Shown: positions 20,857 through 29,368 of the stretch, piece by piece | Numbering within the stretch: the stretch's first letter is position 1 | Layout of the letters: every line of letters starts with the position of its first letter | Assembly (NCBI GenBank): GCA_049967475.1 | Contig: JBMFSQ010000006.1 | Coordinates: 18,430 to 82,429, forward strand | Origin: Chthonomonadales bacterium | GTDB taxonomy: Bacteria; Armatimonadota; Chthonomonadetes; Chthonomonadales; CAJBBX01 | Reading direction: 5' to 3' | DNA: 64,000 bases | Translations under genes and position numbers: made by a program | Notes under the pieces: generated by a model | The model's database searches: none | What the model saw: the letters and a program-made list of their open reading frames with translations, nothing else | What the model was told of the DNA's origin: nothing

Positions 20857-21564
20857 TTAGCACAAGCGGACGGGCTTGTCAAATGCAGGTGCCGAAGCCG
20901 GTGCGTCTCCCCTGATGCGGCTTGCGTCCGGAACATCTGCCCAGGCATCCATGAGTCGGTAGCGCCGATAATTGCCCGCGAAGAAGCGCAGCAGAACCAA
21001 TCCTCCCACCACCGCGCTTTGCAGCATGTGGTAGCCCAGTTCAGACCAGGACCTCAGCGGCACTGCGATGCCTAGGGTCAGAAGGATGTTCTCGACGGCG
21101 ACCCATACTACCAGCCCTTGCATCCCGGCCCAAAAGTACCCGAGGTTGACCCCAAGATGCATCCAGGATGGGGTCGAGCAGTAGGCGCGGACCCGAACAG
21201 CGGCCGGCGTCTCTGATTGGGACACAGCGGCCTCTCTAGGGGGATCGGACACGAGATCCGCGCAGGCGTGAGCAGGGGGACCGTAGGCAAAGGCCCGGCA
21301 GAATGCCCGGAAGGATGCTCCCCTGGGCGGATAACACTCCAGCCGGTGGCGTAGATAGTAGAGGTATCCCAGAATTGCCAGTCCGCCCCCTAGGAGTTTG
21401 GCCGCCACCAGTCCCGGCCAGCCCAGTCCATAGACCCGCTGGAGAACATTCCACTCATCTGCCAAGTTCGGCGACACCATATAGGTGGAGAGGAGGTCCA
21501 GCGTGTTGGCGAGAACGACGAAGAAGACGGCGGCGGTGAACTTGCGTTGCGTGGCGGGTTCCAT
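20857..21564 (-). CDS. Hypothetical membrane protein (DUF5658-like N-terminus)
   Basis: NTLDLLSTY...EWN...K pattern and about four TM segments. Start may be TTG 21579. Confidence 0.6.
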   Translation of the reverse strand: MEPATQRKFTAAVFFVVLANTLDLLSTYMVSPNLADEWNVLQRVYGLGWPGLVAAKLLGGGLAILGYLYYLRHRLECYPPRGASFRAFCRAFAYGPPAHACADLVSDPPREAAVSQSETPAAVRVRAYCSTPSWMHLGVNLGYFWAGMQGLVVWVAVENILLTLGIAVPLRSWSELGYHMLQSAVVGGLVLLRFFAGNYRRYRLMDAWADVPDASRIRGDAPASAPAFDKPVRLC

Positions 21565-21623
21565 AGGCTGCCTTTCCAAGTTGCTTCAACCTAGGGTACC
21601 TGCAAGAATCGTGCCAAAGGAGA

Positions 21624-22994
21624 TCAGCAGTTATGCCGGGAATTGGGCCCTTGAGGCGCCCCGCTGGTCTGGGGGCGTGCTGCACGGTCATCCAACAGGG
21701 CATCCGGGGGTACGTCTCCCACCACGTAGAACGAGCCGGTTACGAGCACAAGGTCGTCGGCGTCTGCGGCAGCCAGCGCTTCACGGGCAGCGTCCAGCGG
21801 ATTCCTTACAATGAGTGCCTTTTTGCCCAGGGCCGCCGCCGCGTCTGCAAGAAGCTCAGCCGGAAGCCCCCGGGACCATGTGGGCTGGGTTGCCACGATG
21901 AGATGTGCTTTGGGTGCCAGGATCTGCATCAAGGGGAGTGGGTCATGGCCCGCTACCATGCCGATAACGAGGAGGAGGCGCCGATAGGGGAACCGCTCGA
22001 GTTCCGCAGCAAGGGCCCGCGCTGCCAATTCGTTGTGCGCCCCATCCAGGATCACCATGGGGTTCGTGGACACCATCTCCATGCGGCCAGGCAAGTAGGC
22101 ACGGGCGAGCCCCCGGCGAACTGCGTCGGCGCTTGGCGCCTGGCCGCGGGCTAGGAGGCATTCCTCTACGGCGCCGATGGCGCATGCTGCGTTGGTCCTC
22201 TGGTACGTACCGCGCATCCGAGTGCGCAAGTCTCGGTAGGTCCCGTTGGGCGTCTCCACGGTAAAGGCGGGTTCAATGTTTGTGTACCGGATGAGGTCCG
22301 CTTCCACCCTAGCCGGCTGAGGTTCAGTGGTAACGTATTTGAGAGGCGAGGACCGTTCTCGGGCCGTACGCACAATCACGGATAGGGCCTCGGGGTGGTC
22401 TACTGCTGTGATCACAGGGACTTCCGGCTTGATGATGCCTGCTTTTTCGTAGGCAATCTTTGCGTGGGTGTCTCCGAGGATATGGGTGTGATCGAGCCCG
22501 ATGTTGGTGATCACGCTCACCACGGGTGCCACGACATTCGTAGCGTCCAGGCGGCCGCCGATGCCTACCTCCACTGCGGCAAAATCTACGCTTCGCTCGA
22601 GGAAATAAGTAAAGCCGAGTGCGGTTTTGAGCTCGAATTCGGTGGTCTGCCCGTACTCGGTGTGATTGAGATATTCGATATAGGGTGCGATGAGCGTCAC
22701 GAGGCGTGCGAAATCCTCACGGGGTATCATTTCTGCATCAACTTGCACGCGCTCGCGGACGTCGTAGACGTACGGAGAGTAGTAGGCACCCACGCGGTAG
22801 CCGTGTTCTTGCAGGATGGCTGCAATCATGGCCGTGGTGGAACCTTTACCCTTGGTGCCGGCTATGTGGGCGACGCCGTACTGCAGATGCGGGTTTCCCA
22901 GGCGCTCGAGGAGCGCAAGGAAGCGGTCGTTGCCGAGTTTGATGCCAAACCGGCGCAGACCTTGCATGTAGGCCAGGGCTTCATCAAAATCCAT
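21624..22994 (-). CDS. folC: Bifunctional folylpolyglutamate synthase/dihydrofolate synthase
   Basis: Motifs HIAGTKGKGST, EVGIGGRLDATN, DHTHILG, EKAGIIK, PGRME, LDGAHN, TGSFY. Confidence 0.96.
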   Translation of the reverse strand: MDFDEALAYMQGLRRFGIKLGNDRFLALLERLGNPHLQYGVAHIAGTKGKGSTTAMIAAILQEHGYRVGAYYSPYVYDVRERVQVDAEMIPREDFARLVTLIAPYIEYLNHTEYGQTTEFELKTALGFTYFLERSVDFAAVEVGIGGRLDATNVVAPVVSVITNIGLDHTHILGDTHAKIAYEKAGIIKPEVPVITAVDHPEALSVIVRTARERSSPLKYVTTEPQPARVEADLIRYTNIEPAFTVETPNGTYRDLRTRMRGTYQRTNAACAIGAVEECLLARGQAPSADAVRRGLARAYLPGRMEMVSTNPMVILDGAHNELAARALAAELERFPYRRLLLVIGMVAGHDPLPLMQILAPKAHLIVATQPTWSRGLPAELLADAAAALGKKALIVRNPLDAAREALAAADADDLVLVTGSFYVVGDVPPDALLDDRAARPQTSGAPQGPNSRHNC

Positions 22995-23019
22995 GGGGGC
23001 GGCTCCGCACAACGCGCCT

Positions 23020-23049
23020 AGCGTACCAGAGGGGATTGGCGCCTGTCAA
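23020..23049 (-). promoter_or_regulatory. Probable sigma70 promoter for folC
   Basis: Minus strand TTGACA (23049-23044), 18 nt spacer ending TGG, TACGCT (23025-23020). Confidence 0.6.
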
Positions 23050-23093
23050 CCCGCGCGGGATTGGCAGAGCGCCGAACCGGAAGAAGGAGGGTG

Positions 23094-24077
23094 ATGCGGT
23101 TGGACATCGTGCGGCTGGGCATCATTGGAGTGAGTTGGTGGACGGATATGGTTTGGCCGGGCTTCAGCCAGGCTTCCAACGCTCGGGTTACGTGGATAGC
23201 ATCCCGAACGCCCCAGAAGGCGCGCGATTACGCCGAAACCCACGGCATCCCGCACTGGACGGGCGACTATGACGAATTGATAGCTGCTCCCGATGTGGAC
23301 GCGGTGTTCATTGCGGCGCCGAATTTCCTTCATGACGAGCTGGCGAGGCGCGCCTTTGCTCTCAACAAGCACGTGCTCCAAGAAAAACCCATGGCCTTGA
23401 GCTGGACGGCCGCCGCAGCGCAGGCCGAGGAGGCTCGGCGCCGCGGCCTCGTACTGATGGTGGATCAAGAAACCCGCCTTTCGGACGGAGTGCGCGATCT
23501 GCCGGAACTCGCCCGGAACAGGCTCGGCCGCATCCGCAAGGTGACGGTTGGAATGACGTTGGCAGAGCGCACGTGGGGTGGGTGGAGGGGCGATGCGGCA
23601 TTGACCGGGGGATCGCTCTTCGAGATGGCCATCCACCAAATTGATCTGGCGCGATGGCTTTTTGGTCGGAACCCTGTGGCCGTTTGGGCTCGAGGGGAAG
23701 ACACGGCGGGCAAGGATTTTACAGCCGTCTTCGACTATGGTCAGGGTGATGCCGCCGTCATTGACTTCTGCTGGAGATCCATCGGGTTTCATCAGCGCAT
23801 CGAGCTGTATTGTGAAGGAGGCTTCGTGCGTCAAGAAGTGGATATGCCCGTGGGGGACGGTTTTCGCACGCTGGTGACGCCTGAAGGCGTTGAGCGCGGC
23901 CCCAACGTTGTAGGGGTACAAACTGCACGCACCTTCCGCCGGGTTTTGGAAGGCTTTGCCCGTTCCATCCTTGAGGGTGCCGAGGCCCCGGTGCCCGCGG
24001 AAGACGGCGTTTGGGCCGTTCGCATGGCCGAGGCTGCCCGGGCTTCCCTGCGCAGCGGGGTCCCCGTGGCATTCTAA
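23094..24077 (+). CDS. Gfo/Idh/MocA family oxidoreductase
   Basis: Rossmann start LGIIG, DVDAVFIAAPNFLH, HVLQEKPMA, GGSLFEMAIHQID. AAGGAGG RBS. Confidence 0.9.
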   Translation: MRLDIVRLGIIGVSWWTDMVWPGFSQASNARVTWIASRTPQKARDYAETHGIPHWTGDYDELIAAPDVDAVFIAAPNFLHDELARRAFALNKHVLQEKPMALSWTAAAAQAEEARRRGLVLMVDQETRLSDGVRDLPELARNRLGRIRKVTVGMTLAERTWGGWRGDAALTGGSLFEMAIHQIDLARWLFGRNPVAVWARGEDTAGKDFTAVFDYGQGDAAVIDFCWRSIGFHQRIELYCEGGFVRQEVDMPVGDGFRTLVTPEGVERGPNVVGVQTARTFRRVLEGFARSILEGAEAPVPAEDGVWAVRMAEAARASLRSGVPVAF

Positions 24078-24104
24078 CTGCCGCACAAAGAAGGAGAAGG
24101 GCCA

Positions 24105-24566
24105 TTGGACAGCCCGGGGAACCCGAAGGGCATCGTCGCCGGCGTGATCGGTCTGCTGCTGGCGGCGGCCGTGGTATCCGCCCTGCGCGGAGCGTTGGAC
24201 CGCAGGCCGTCCATCCGATGGGAGCCTGCCTTCGCCGACGCCCGCCTGGAGGCCCGGCGCCTCAACCGGCCTCTAATGGTTGTGTTCGAAGCGCCGTGGT
24301 GCGGCTGGTGTGCGCGGATGGAACGCCAGTGTCTGAGGGACAGCGCTGTGGTGAACCTGAGCAGGCGTTTCGTGTGCGTGCGGGTGGATGTGGATCGGCA
24401 GCCCGACATCGCCGCTGCGTACGGAGGTTGGAGTGTTCCCTATCTGGCCTTTTTGGCGCCGGACGGAGCGAAGGTACGTTCGGTAGCGGGGTTTGCAGAG
24501 GCGGGCGAGGTGGTGCGCGCCATGACCGATGCTCTTCGAACCTGCAAGGGGCCGCCCGTACAATAA
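24105..24566 (+). CDS. Membrane-anchored thioredoxin-family protein
   Basis: TTG start with AAGGAG RBS, N-terminal TM helix, FEAPWCGWCARM (CxxC), SVP motif. Confidence 0.85.
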   Translation: MDSPGNPKGIVAGVIGLLLAAAVVSALRGALDRRPSIRWEPAFADARLEARRLNRPLMVVFEAPWCGWCARMERQCLRDSAVVNLSRRFVCVRVDVDRQPDIAAAYGGWSVPYLAFLAPDGAKVRSVAGFAEAGEVVRAMTDALRTCKGPPVQ

Positions 24567-24573
24567 GCCGCCG

Positions 24574-25098
24574 TCAGTCGCGAAAGTCGGCGAAGGCGGG
24601 CAGATAATCACGCCACACCTCGTTGTCCCGCCCGGCAAGGTATTTTGAGAGGCTGATGAAGGGGATATAGTGGGGGCGGCGGGGCTGCCTGATCAACTTC
24701 ATGCCGGTTTGGTGCAAGAGCTTGTCGCCCTTCTTAGTGTTGCACCGCCGGCAAGAGCACACCAAGTTATCCCAATCGGTCTTGCCGCCGAGACGGCGCG
24801 GTACCACATGGTCAATGGTAAGGTCCTTGGCGGTTTGCCCGCAATATTGGCAGGTGTAGTGATCGCGGGCGAAGATGGTGCGGCGGGAAAGCTTCAATTC
24901 GGGTATGGGGCGGCGCACATGATGGCGGAGCTTCACCACGGAGGGTCTGGGGATGGATCCGCCGGGTGCAGGGACATTGCTGTCGTGCGCATGGAGCACG
25001 TCTGCTTTGCCCAGATAAACCATCACGATGGCGCGCCGAACGTGGCACACGTTGAGCGGTTCGTAGTCGCTGTTGAGAACGAGAACTTCCTGGTTCAT
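24574..25098 (-). CDS. HNH endonuclease (HNH_5/McrA-like) with a PLMP-like N-terminus (IshB-like architecture)
   Basis: 174 aa. N-terminal VLVLNSDYEPLNVCHVRRA..GKA. RDHYTCQYCG...TIDHVVPRRLGGKTDWDNLVCSCRRCNTKKG is an intact HNH with a Zn finger. Confidence 0.9.
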   Translation of the reverse strand: MNQEVLVLNSDYEPLNVCHVRRAIVMVYLGKADVLHAHDSNVPAPGGSIPRPSVVKLRHHVRRPIPELKLSRRTIFARDHYTCQYCGQTAKDLTIDHVVPRRLGGKTDWDNLVCSCRRCNTKKGDKLLHQTGMKLIRQPRRPHYIPFISLSKYLAGRDNEVWRDYLPAFADFRD

Positions 25099-25132
25099 TG
25101 CAACTGGGGCTCCCGTAGCGAAAGCAAGGTTG

Positions 25133-25172
25133 AAAGAAAGACCCGCTCGCGGAATGTGCCGGCGGGCGGGTC
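25133..25172 (-). terminator. Intrinsic terminator between the ncRNA and the HNH gene
   Basis: Minus strand GACCCGCCCGC, 11-nt loop, GCGAGCGGGTC, followed by TTTCTTT. Confidence 0.8.
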
Positions 25173-25190
25173 CGAACAGGGAGCGCATAG

Positions 25191-25363
25191 AATGGGCAAT
25201 TGGTGTAGGTGGCGGAAGCTGTCACCCAGCATCCAGAACCTCCGTGTGCCGTGGATGCGTAGCCCCGAGGCGCAGTTCGAGGCTATGCCTGGCTGGAGTT
25301 TCGAAGCAGCGTTAGACGACGCCATATCTGCACGCGGGTGCTTGCCACACAACAGGCCCATTT
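25191..25363 (-). ncRNA. ~172-nt rod-shaped ncRNA; 6S RNA (ssrS)-like, identity unconfirmed
   Basis: Starts about 7 nt after a perfect -10 box and is followed by a terminator. Ends pair (AAUGGGC/GCCCAUU). Successive stems GUGGC/GCCAC, AAGC/GCUU, ACCC/GGGU, CAGA/UCUG, then a central asymmetric bubble, CUCC/GGAG, and an apical hairpin UAGCCUCGA/UCGGGGCUA. Confidence 0.7.
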
Positions 25364-25369
25364 GTGCGT

Positions 25370-25399
25370 ATTATATCCAGCCAGCAACGCCAGTGTCAA
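25370..25399 (-). promoter_or_regulatory. Perfect consensus sigma70 promoter driving the ncRNA
   Basis: Minus strand TTGACA (25399-25394), 18 nt spacer, TATAAT (25375-25370). Confidence 0.88.
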
Positions 25400-25415
25400 G
25401 GCGGTCGCGGTTTCA

Positions 25416-25445
25416 TTGACAGCCTCGCTGCCCATAGGCTATAAT
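25416..25445 (+). promoter_or_regulatory. Perfect consensus sigma70 promoter for the ABC operon (divergent)
   Basis: TTGACA (25416-25421), 18 nt spacer, TATAAT (25440-25445). Confidence 0.88.
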
Positions 25446-25588
25446 GAGGCCAAGGGCGGGGGCGCAGGTGCTTTCCGCCGCTTTTTTGTGCCGGGCTTCC
25501 AGTCCCTTGACGCACCTGCGGCGGCGGGATGTGGGCGCGCCGCCGGATTCCGCGTGCGGCTTCATTCGCCATTTGGGAGGTCTCATCT

Positions 25589-26521
25589 ATGGCTGCTGCC
25601 ATCGTTACCCAGGGGCTTACAAAGACGTACCTGGATGTTTGGAACAAAGCTGAGATCATGGCTGTGGATCACCTGGATCTTCAGGTGGAAGAAGGCGAGA
25701 TCTTCGGCTTCCTCGGCCGCAACGGTGCGGGCAAAACTACCACCATCAAGATGCTCCTTGGGCTCATATTTCCTTCTGCGGGCACCGGCACCGTTTTGGG
25801 CAAGCCCTTGGGGGATATCGAAGCCAAAAGCCGCGTGAGCTATCTACCTGAGAACCCCTATTTCTACGAGAGCATGAGCGGGTGGGACGTTCTCGACTTC
25901 TATGCTCGCCTCTTCCGCTTGCGAGAACCGGAGCGGTCCCAGCGCGTGCAAAAGGCCCTGGAAGAAGTGCGGCTGGATCCCAAGGCTTGGAAGAGACCGC
26001 TGCGAGGCTATTCTAAGGGAATGCTCCAGCGCATCGGCGTGGCCCAAGCCCTCATCAATGATCCCCAGCTTCTTTTTCTGGACGAACCTACGTCGGGCCT
26101 CGACCCCATCGCCCATGCCGAACTGCGGGAGATCATTGCAAACGTGGGACGCCAGGGCAAGACGGTGTTCCTGAGTTCCCATCAGCTTCCCGATGTCGAG
26201 CTTGTATGTTCGCGAGTGGCCATCATTCATCGCGGCAAGTTATTGGCGACTGGGAAGATCAGTGAACTCACGGCAGGAGAAAAGGTCGAAATCCGGGCGG
26301 ACGGCGTGCGCAACGGGGTCATCAAACAGATCGAAGAACTGGTGGGGCCCATTGAACACAGCGACGGCCGCGTGCGCATCCCCTCCGTGGACGAGGCGAT
26401 GGTAGCAGATCTCATTGATTTGGTTCGCAGCGTCAAAGGGCGCATTTTGGCTGTAGTGCCCCACAAGCGCACCTTGGAGGAAGTATTCGTGGACGTGGTG
26501 ATGAAGGAAGGAGTAGCTTAG
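25589..26521 (+). CDS. ABC transporter ATP-binding protein (ABC-2 type, PilH-like)
   Basis: Walker A GRNGAGKT, signature YSKGMLQR, Walker B LFLDEP, H-loop SSH. GGGAGG RBS. Confidence 0.93.
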   Translation: MAAAIVTQGLTKTYLDVWNKAEIMAVDHLDLQVEEGEIFGFLGRNGAGKTTTIKMLLGLIFPSAGTGTVLGKPLGDIEAKSRVSYLPENPYFYESMSGWDVLDFYARLFRLREPERSQRVQKALEEVRLDPKAWKRPLRGYSKGMLQRIGVAQALINDPQLLFLDEPTSGLDPIAHAELREIIANVGRQGKTVFLSSHQLPDVELVCSRVAIIHRGKLLATGKISELTAGEKVEIRADGVRNGVIKQIEELVGPIEHSDGRVRIPSVDEAMVADLIDLVRSVKGRILAVVPHKRTLEEVFVDVVMKEGVA

Positions 26522-26524
26522 CCG

Positions 26525-27292
26525 ATGGTTACGATGGCGATAGCCAAGCAGACGCTTGAAGACATGTTACGCCGAAAGGTGCTTCTGATCCTGTTGATCG
26601 TGGCCGTGGCGATGATTGCCTTGGGGCCGTCGGTGGGCTTTCTGAGCCCGCGCGAAAGTTCCGCGGTTCTTCGGAGCCTCGGCCTCGCCGTCATCCTGAT
26701 CGCCGGTCTCCTCATCACCATCCTGGCCGGCATCCAGGTGATCCCTACAGAGATCGAGCGGCGGACCATTTACACGGTGCTCTCTAAGCCGGTGCAGCGA
26801 TACGAGTTCATCCTGGGCAAATTCCTAGGCGGGCTCTTCACCGTCTTTGTGATGATTGCCGCCATGGGCATCGTGTTTCTGGGCGTGCTCTTCTACCAGG
26901 AGAAGCATCCGGCCCCCGAGATGATGATGGGTGTGGTGATGACGTTCTTCCAGATGATGCTTCTGGGTGCCATGGCGATCTTCTTCAGTACCTTTGCGAC
27001 CCCGGTGGTGAACTTCTTCCTTTCGTTCGGCGTCTTCATCGTGGGCAACATGTCTGTAGTTACCGAGTCCCTCACCAAGAACCCGAACCCTGGTACACGC
27101 ATCCTGGCGATGATCGTGCACGTGCTGTTGCCCAACTTCGGCAACTTCAACATCCAGAACAAGCTGATCCATCCCGAGGTGCAAATCACCAACGAGAACG
27201 TATTCATCATTCAGAACATCGTGTACGCCATTATCTATTCGGCTGCATTGCTCATCGGCGCCATCATCGTGTTCGACCGGCGCGAGGTGTAG
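26525..27292 (+). CDS. ABC-2 type permease (PilI/NosY-like)
   Basis: About six TM helices, EIERRTIYTVLSKPVQRYEFILGKFLG, C-terminal FDRREV. Confidence 0.88.
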   Translation: MVTMAIAKQTLEDMLRRKVLLILLIVAVAMIALGPSVGFLSPRESSAVLRSLGLAVILIAGLLITILAGIQVIPTEIERRTIYTVLSKPVQRYEFILGKFLGGLFTVFVMIAAMGIVFLGVLFYQEKHPAPEMMMGVVMTFFQMMLLGAMAIFFSTFATPVVNFFLSFGVFIVGNMSVVTESLTKNPNPGTRILAMIVHVLLPNFGNFNIQNKLIHPEVQITNENVFIIQNIVYAIIYSAALLIGAIIVFDRREV

Positions 27293-27304
27293 CGGAGAAC
27301 GATC

Positions 27305-28759
27305 ATGAGTAACAACACGCGATCTCTGCTCAAGCTCGCTTTGATCCCTTTGGCCGCTGCCGTCGTGGCGCTGCAAATCTCCATAGATCCCAAGGTGGCC
27401 GAACTCCACAAGGGGGAACACACGGCCTTGGCCGGCATCTCCAATGAGTTCATTCTGGGTCCTATGCTGGGGTTGCAGCAGGCTGTGGCGGGAGCCCTGT
27501 GGGTCCGAGCAGATGAGTTCTTCCATGAGGGGGACTACGATGCGATCCTTCCCATGGTGCGTATGGTTACATGGCTGGACCCACACCAGATTGATGTATA
27601 CATTACCGGCGCCTGGCACTTGGCCTACAACTTCACGGACTCCAACGAGCGTTCAGACCGGAGGTACATTCCGGCTGCCCAGAAGCTCTTGGAGGAGGGC
27701 GTGCAGAACAACCCTACCGTTTACGACATTCCCTTTGAGCTCGGCTGGGAGAACGCAGACAAGATCAAGAACTATGAGCGCGCCGAATACTGGTTTCGGG
27801 ACGCCGCCGCAAAGAAGGGGACGGATCAACAAGGTCGAACCGACCAGCCGGCACCCATGTTTGTTTGGCATCAGCTCGCCCACACCTTGGAGCGCGAGGG
27901 CAAGATTGACGAGTGCCTCGATATCTGGCGCAAGGCCCTGGCGATGTCCGAGGAGAAGGTGAAGCAGATCAAGGAGTTCAAGTCGCCCGAGGCGTTCCAA
28001 ACCCGCAACGTGCGGGACACCGAGCGGCACAACCTCATGCTTACCCTGGAACGCCGCTTCAGCCGGTACGTTCACGAGATTAACTTCGATATAGACAAGG
28101 CTCAGACGAAGTACATTGACATGAAGACGGGCGAGCCGCATCCTGCCAACGCGTATCTGGCAACCAGTCCCGATGATGGAGTGCCCATCGGCACTCCGAG
28201 ACCTCCTGCCACGGCGAAGCCCTGGGAGACGGCTTTCGACGTCCGCCCTTCGTTTCCTCAACCCAAAGTGCTGGATTTGAAGGGACAGTTCAATATCGCG
28301 GACGGCGCTCGTGTGACGATCCGCCTCCACGATTATGACTGGCGAGAGAAGCAGCTCAAGGAATTCACCTTCGACATTGACCAGAGCCAGACGATCATGC
28401 AAGATCAGCACTCGGTGCGCGACGGGCGCTGGGGACGCCGGATTGATATGAGTAAGGACCCCAAGATGTACAGCTTCACCCGCCCGTACTACTACCTCAT
28501 CTTCGAATTCAATCCACGCCAAACCTCGCCCTTTATCCAGGACAAGATAGGCTGGAGCGGCGAGGGAATGACGGACAAGAAGTATCTTTGGGTAGACCAT
28601 TCGGTGAACCCCCCTGTGCGCATCATCCGGAAGGTTTATCGGATCACGCGGGATCAGGTGATGGGGAGGCGCCCGATCACCGAGGCTGACGTAATCCCGA
28701 ACGCCGAGTACGCTCGCATTCAAGCCGAGGAGCATGCGGGAGCCAAGCAGCCGGGCTGA
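27305..28759 (+). CDS. Membrane-anchored TPR-like protein (PilG-like accessory)
   Basis: N-terminal TM helix, ALWVRADEFFH...VTWLDPHQIDVYITGAWHLAYN, TPR-like helices, beta-rich C-terminal domain. Confidence 0.65.
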   Translation: MSNNTRSLLKLALIPLAAAVVALQISIDPKVAELHKGEHTALAGISNEFILGPMLGLQQAVAGALWVRADEFFHEGDYDAILPMVRMVTWLDPHQIDVYITGAWHLAYNFTDSNERSDRRYIPAAQKLLEEGVQNNPTVYDIPFELGWENADKIKNYERAEYWFRDAAAKKGTDQQGRTDQPAPMFVWHQLAHTLEREGKIDECLDIWRKALAMSEEKVKQIKEFKSPEAFQTRNVRDTERHNLMLTLERRFSRYVHEINFDIDKAQTKYIDMKTGEPHPANAYLATSPDDGVPIGTPRPPATAKPWETAFDVRPSFPQPKVLDLKGQFNIADGARVTIRLHDYDWREKQLKEFTFDIDQSQTIMQDQHSVRDGRWGRRIDMSKDPKMYSFTRPYYYLIFEFNPRQTSPFIQDKIGWSGEGMTDKKYLWVDHSVNPPVRIIRKVYRITRDQVMGRRPITEADVIPNAEYARIQAEEHAGAKQPG

Positions 28760-28851
28760 TGCGCTCTGGTGCCGAGGGTTCCTTCGCACGCATCCCCGGG
28801 CGCGGAGGGCTCCCCAGAAATGCTTGGAGCGGGCATCCCAGAGAGGCCTCA

Positions 28852-29364
28852 ATGGCCCGATGTCGCGCCCATAACGTAGAGACACTTCTCCGGTGTGCCC
28901 GCTGCGGAGATGCCATTTGCCCGGACTGCTCAATCCCCGGGCCCGCAGGCTTCCTGTGCCGGCACTGCGCCTTGCCTGGCGGTGGGGGCTTGCGCGGCTT
29001 GGAGATGCACCGGTTTCTGGCGGCAGTGCTGGCCGGATTTGTCGTGGCGTTCGTGGGCGGCTTCTGTTTGGGTCTCTTCTACCGGTTCGGTTTTATGCTC
29101 ATATGGATCGGCCTTTTCGATGGCCTGTTCGTGGCGGCCGCCATGCTGCGTGTAGGAAGAAACCTGCGGGGGCCTGCTGTGGAAGCGGCCGCAATAGCCG
29201 CGGTTGTTGGCGGGTTCATGCTGGGCATCGCCGCCTACTTCGGATATCGTGGATTGCCGCCGTACCCTGCGGCGGTGGCCGGCTTCCTCTCGCGCCAGTT
29301 TTTCCTGCTGGTGGGGTTGGGCATGGCAGCCTTTGGGGCCTTCAGCCGCGTACGGTACGGATAG
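28852..29364 (+). CDS. B-box-like zinc-finger membrane protein
   Basis: CRAH..ETLLRCARCGDAICPDC...CRHC followed by about four TM helices. Confidence 0.7.
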   Translation: MARCRAHNVETLLRCARCGDAICPDCSIPGPAGFLCRHCALPGGGGLRGLEMHRFLAAVLAGFVVAFVGGFCLGLFYRFGFMLIWIGLFDGLFVAAAMLRVGRNLRGPAVEAAAIAAVVGGFMLGIAAYFGYRGLPPYPAAVAGFLSRQFFLLVGLGMAAFGAFSRVRYG

Positions 29365-29368
29365 CTCC

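Noticed and set aside
24574..25363. Complete IS200/605 or IscB transposon
   Set aside because: No RuvC motifs, TnpA or element ends are evident, and the protein is too short for IscB. Only the IshB-like architecture is retained as a finding.
25191..25363. Known riboswitch, tmRNA, RNase P or SRP RNA
   Set aside because: I could not find the signature motifs of TPP, FMN, SAM-I, cobalamin, c-di-GMP-I, tmRNA, RNase P or SRP RNAs. A covariance search is still needed.
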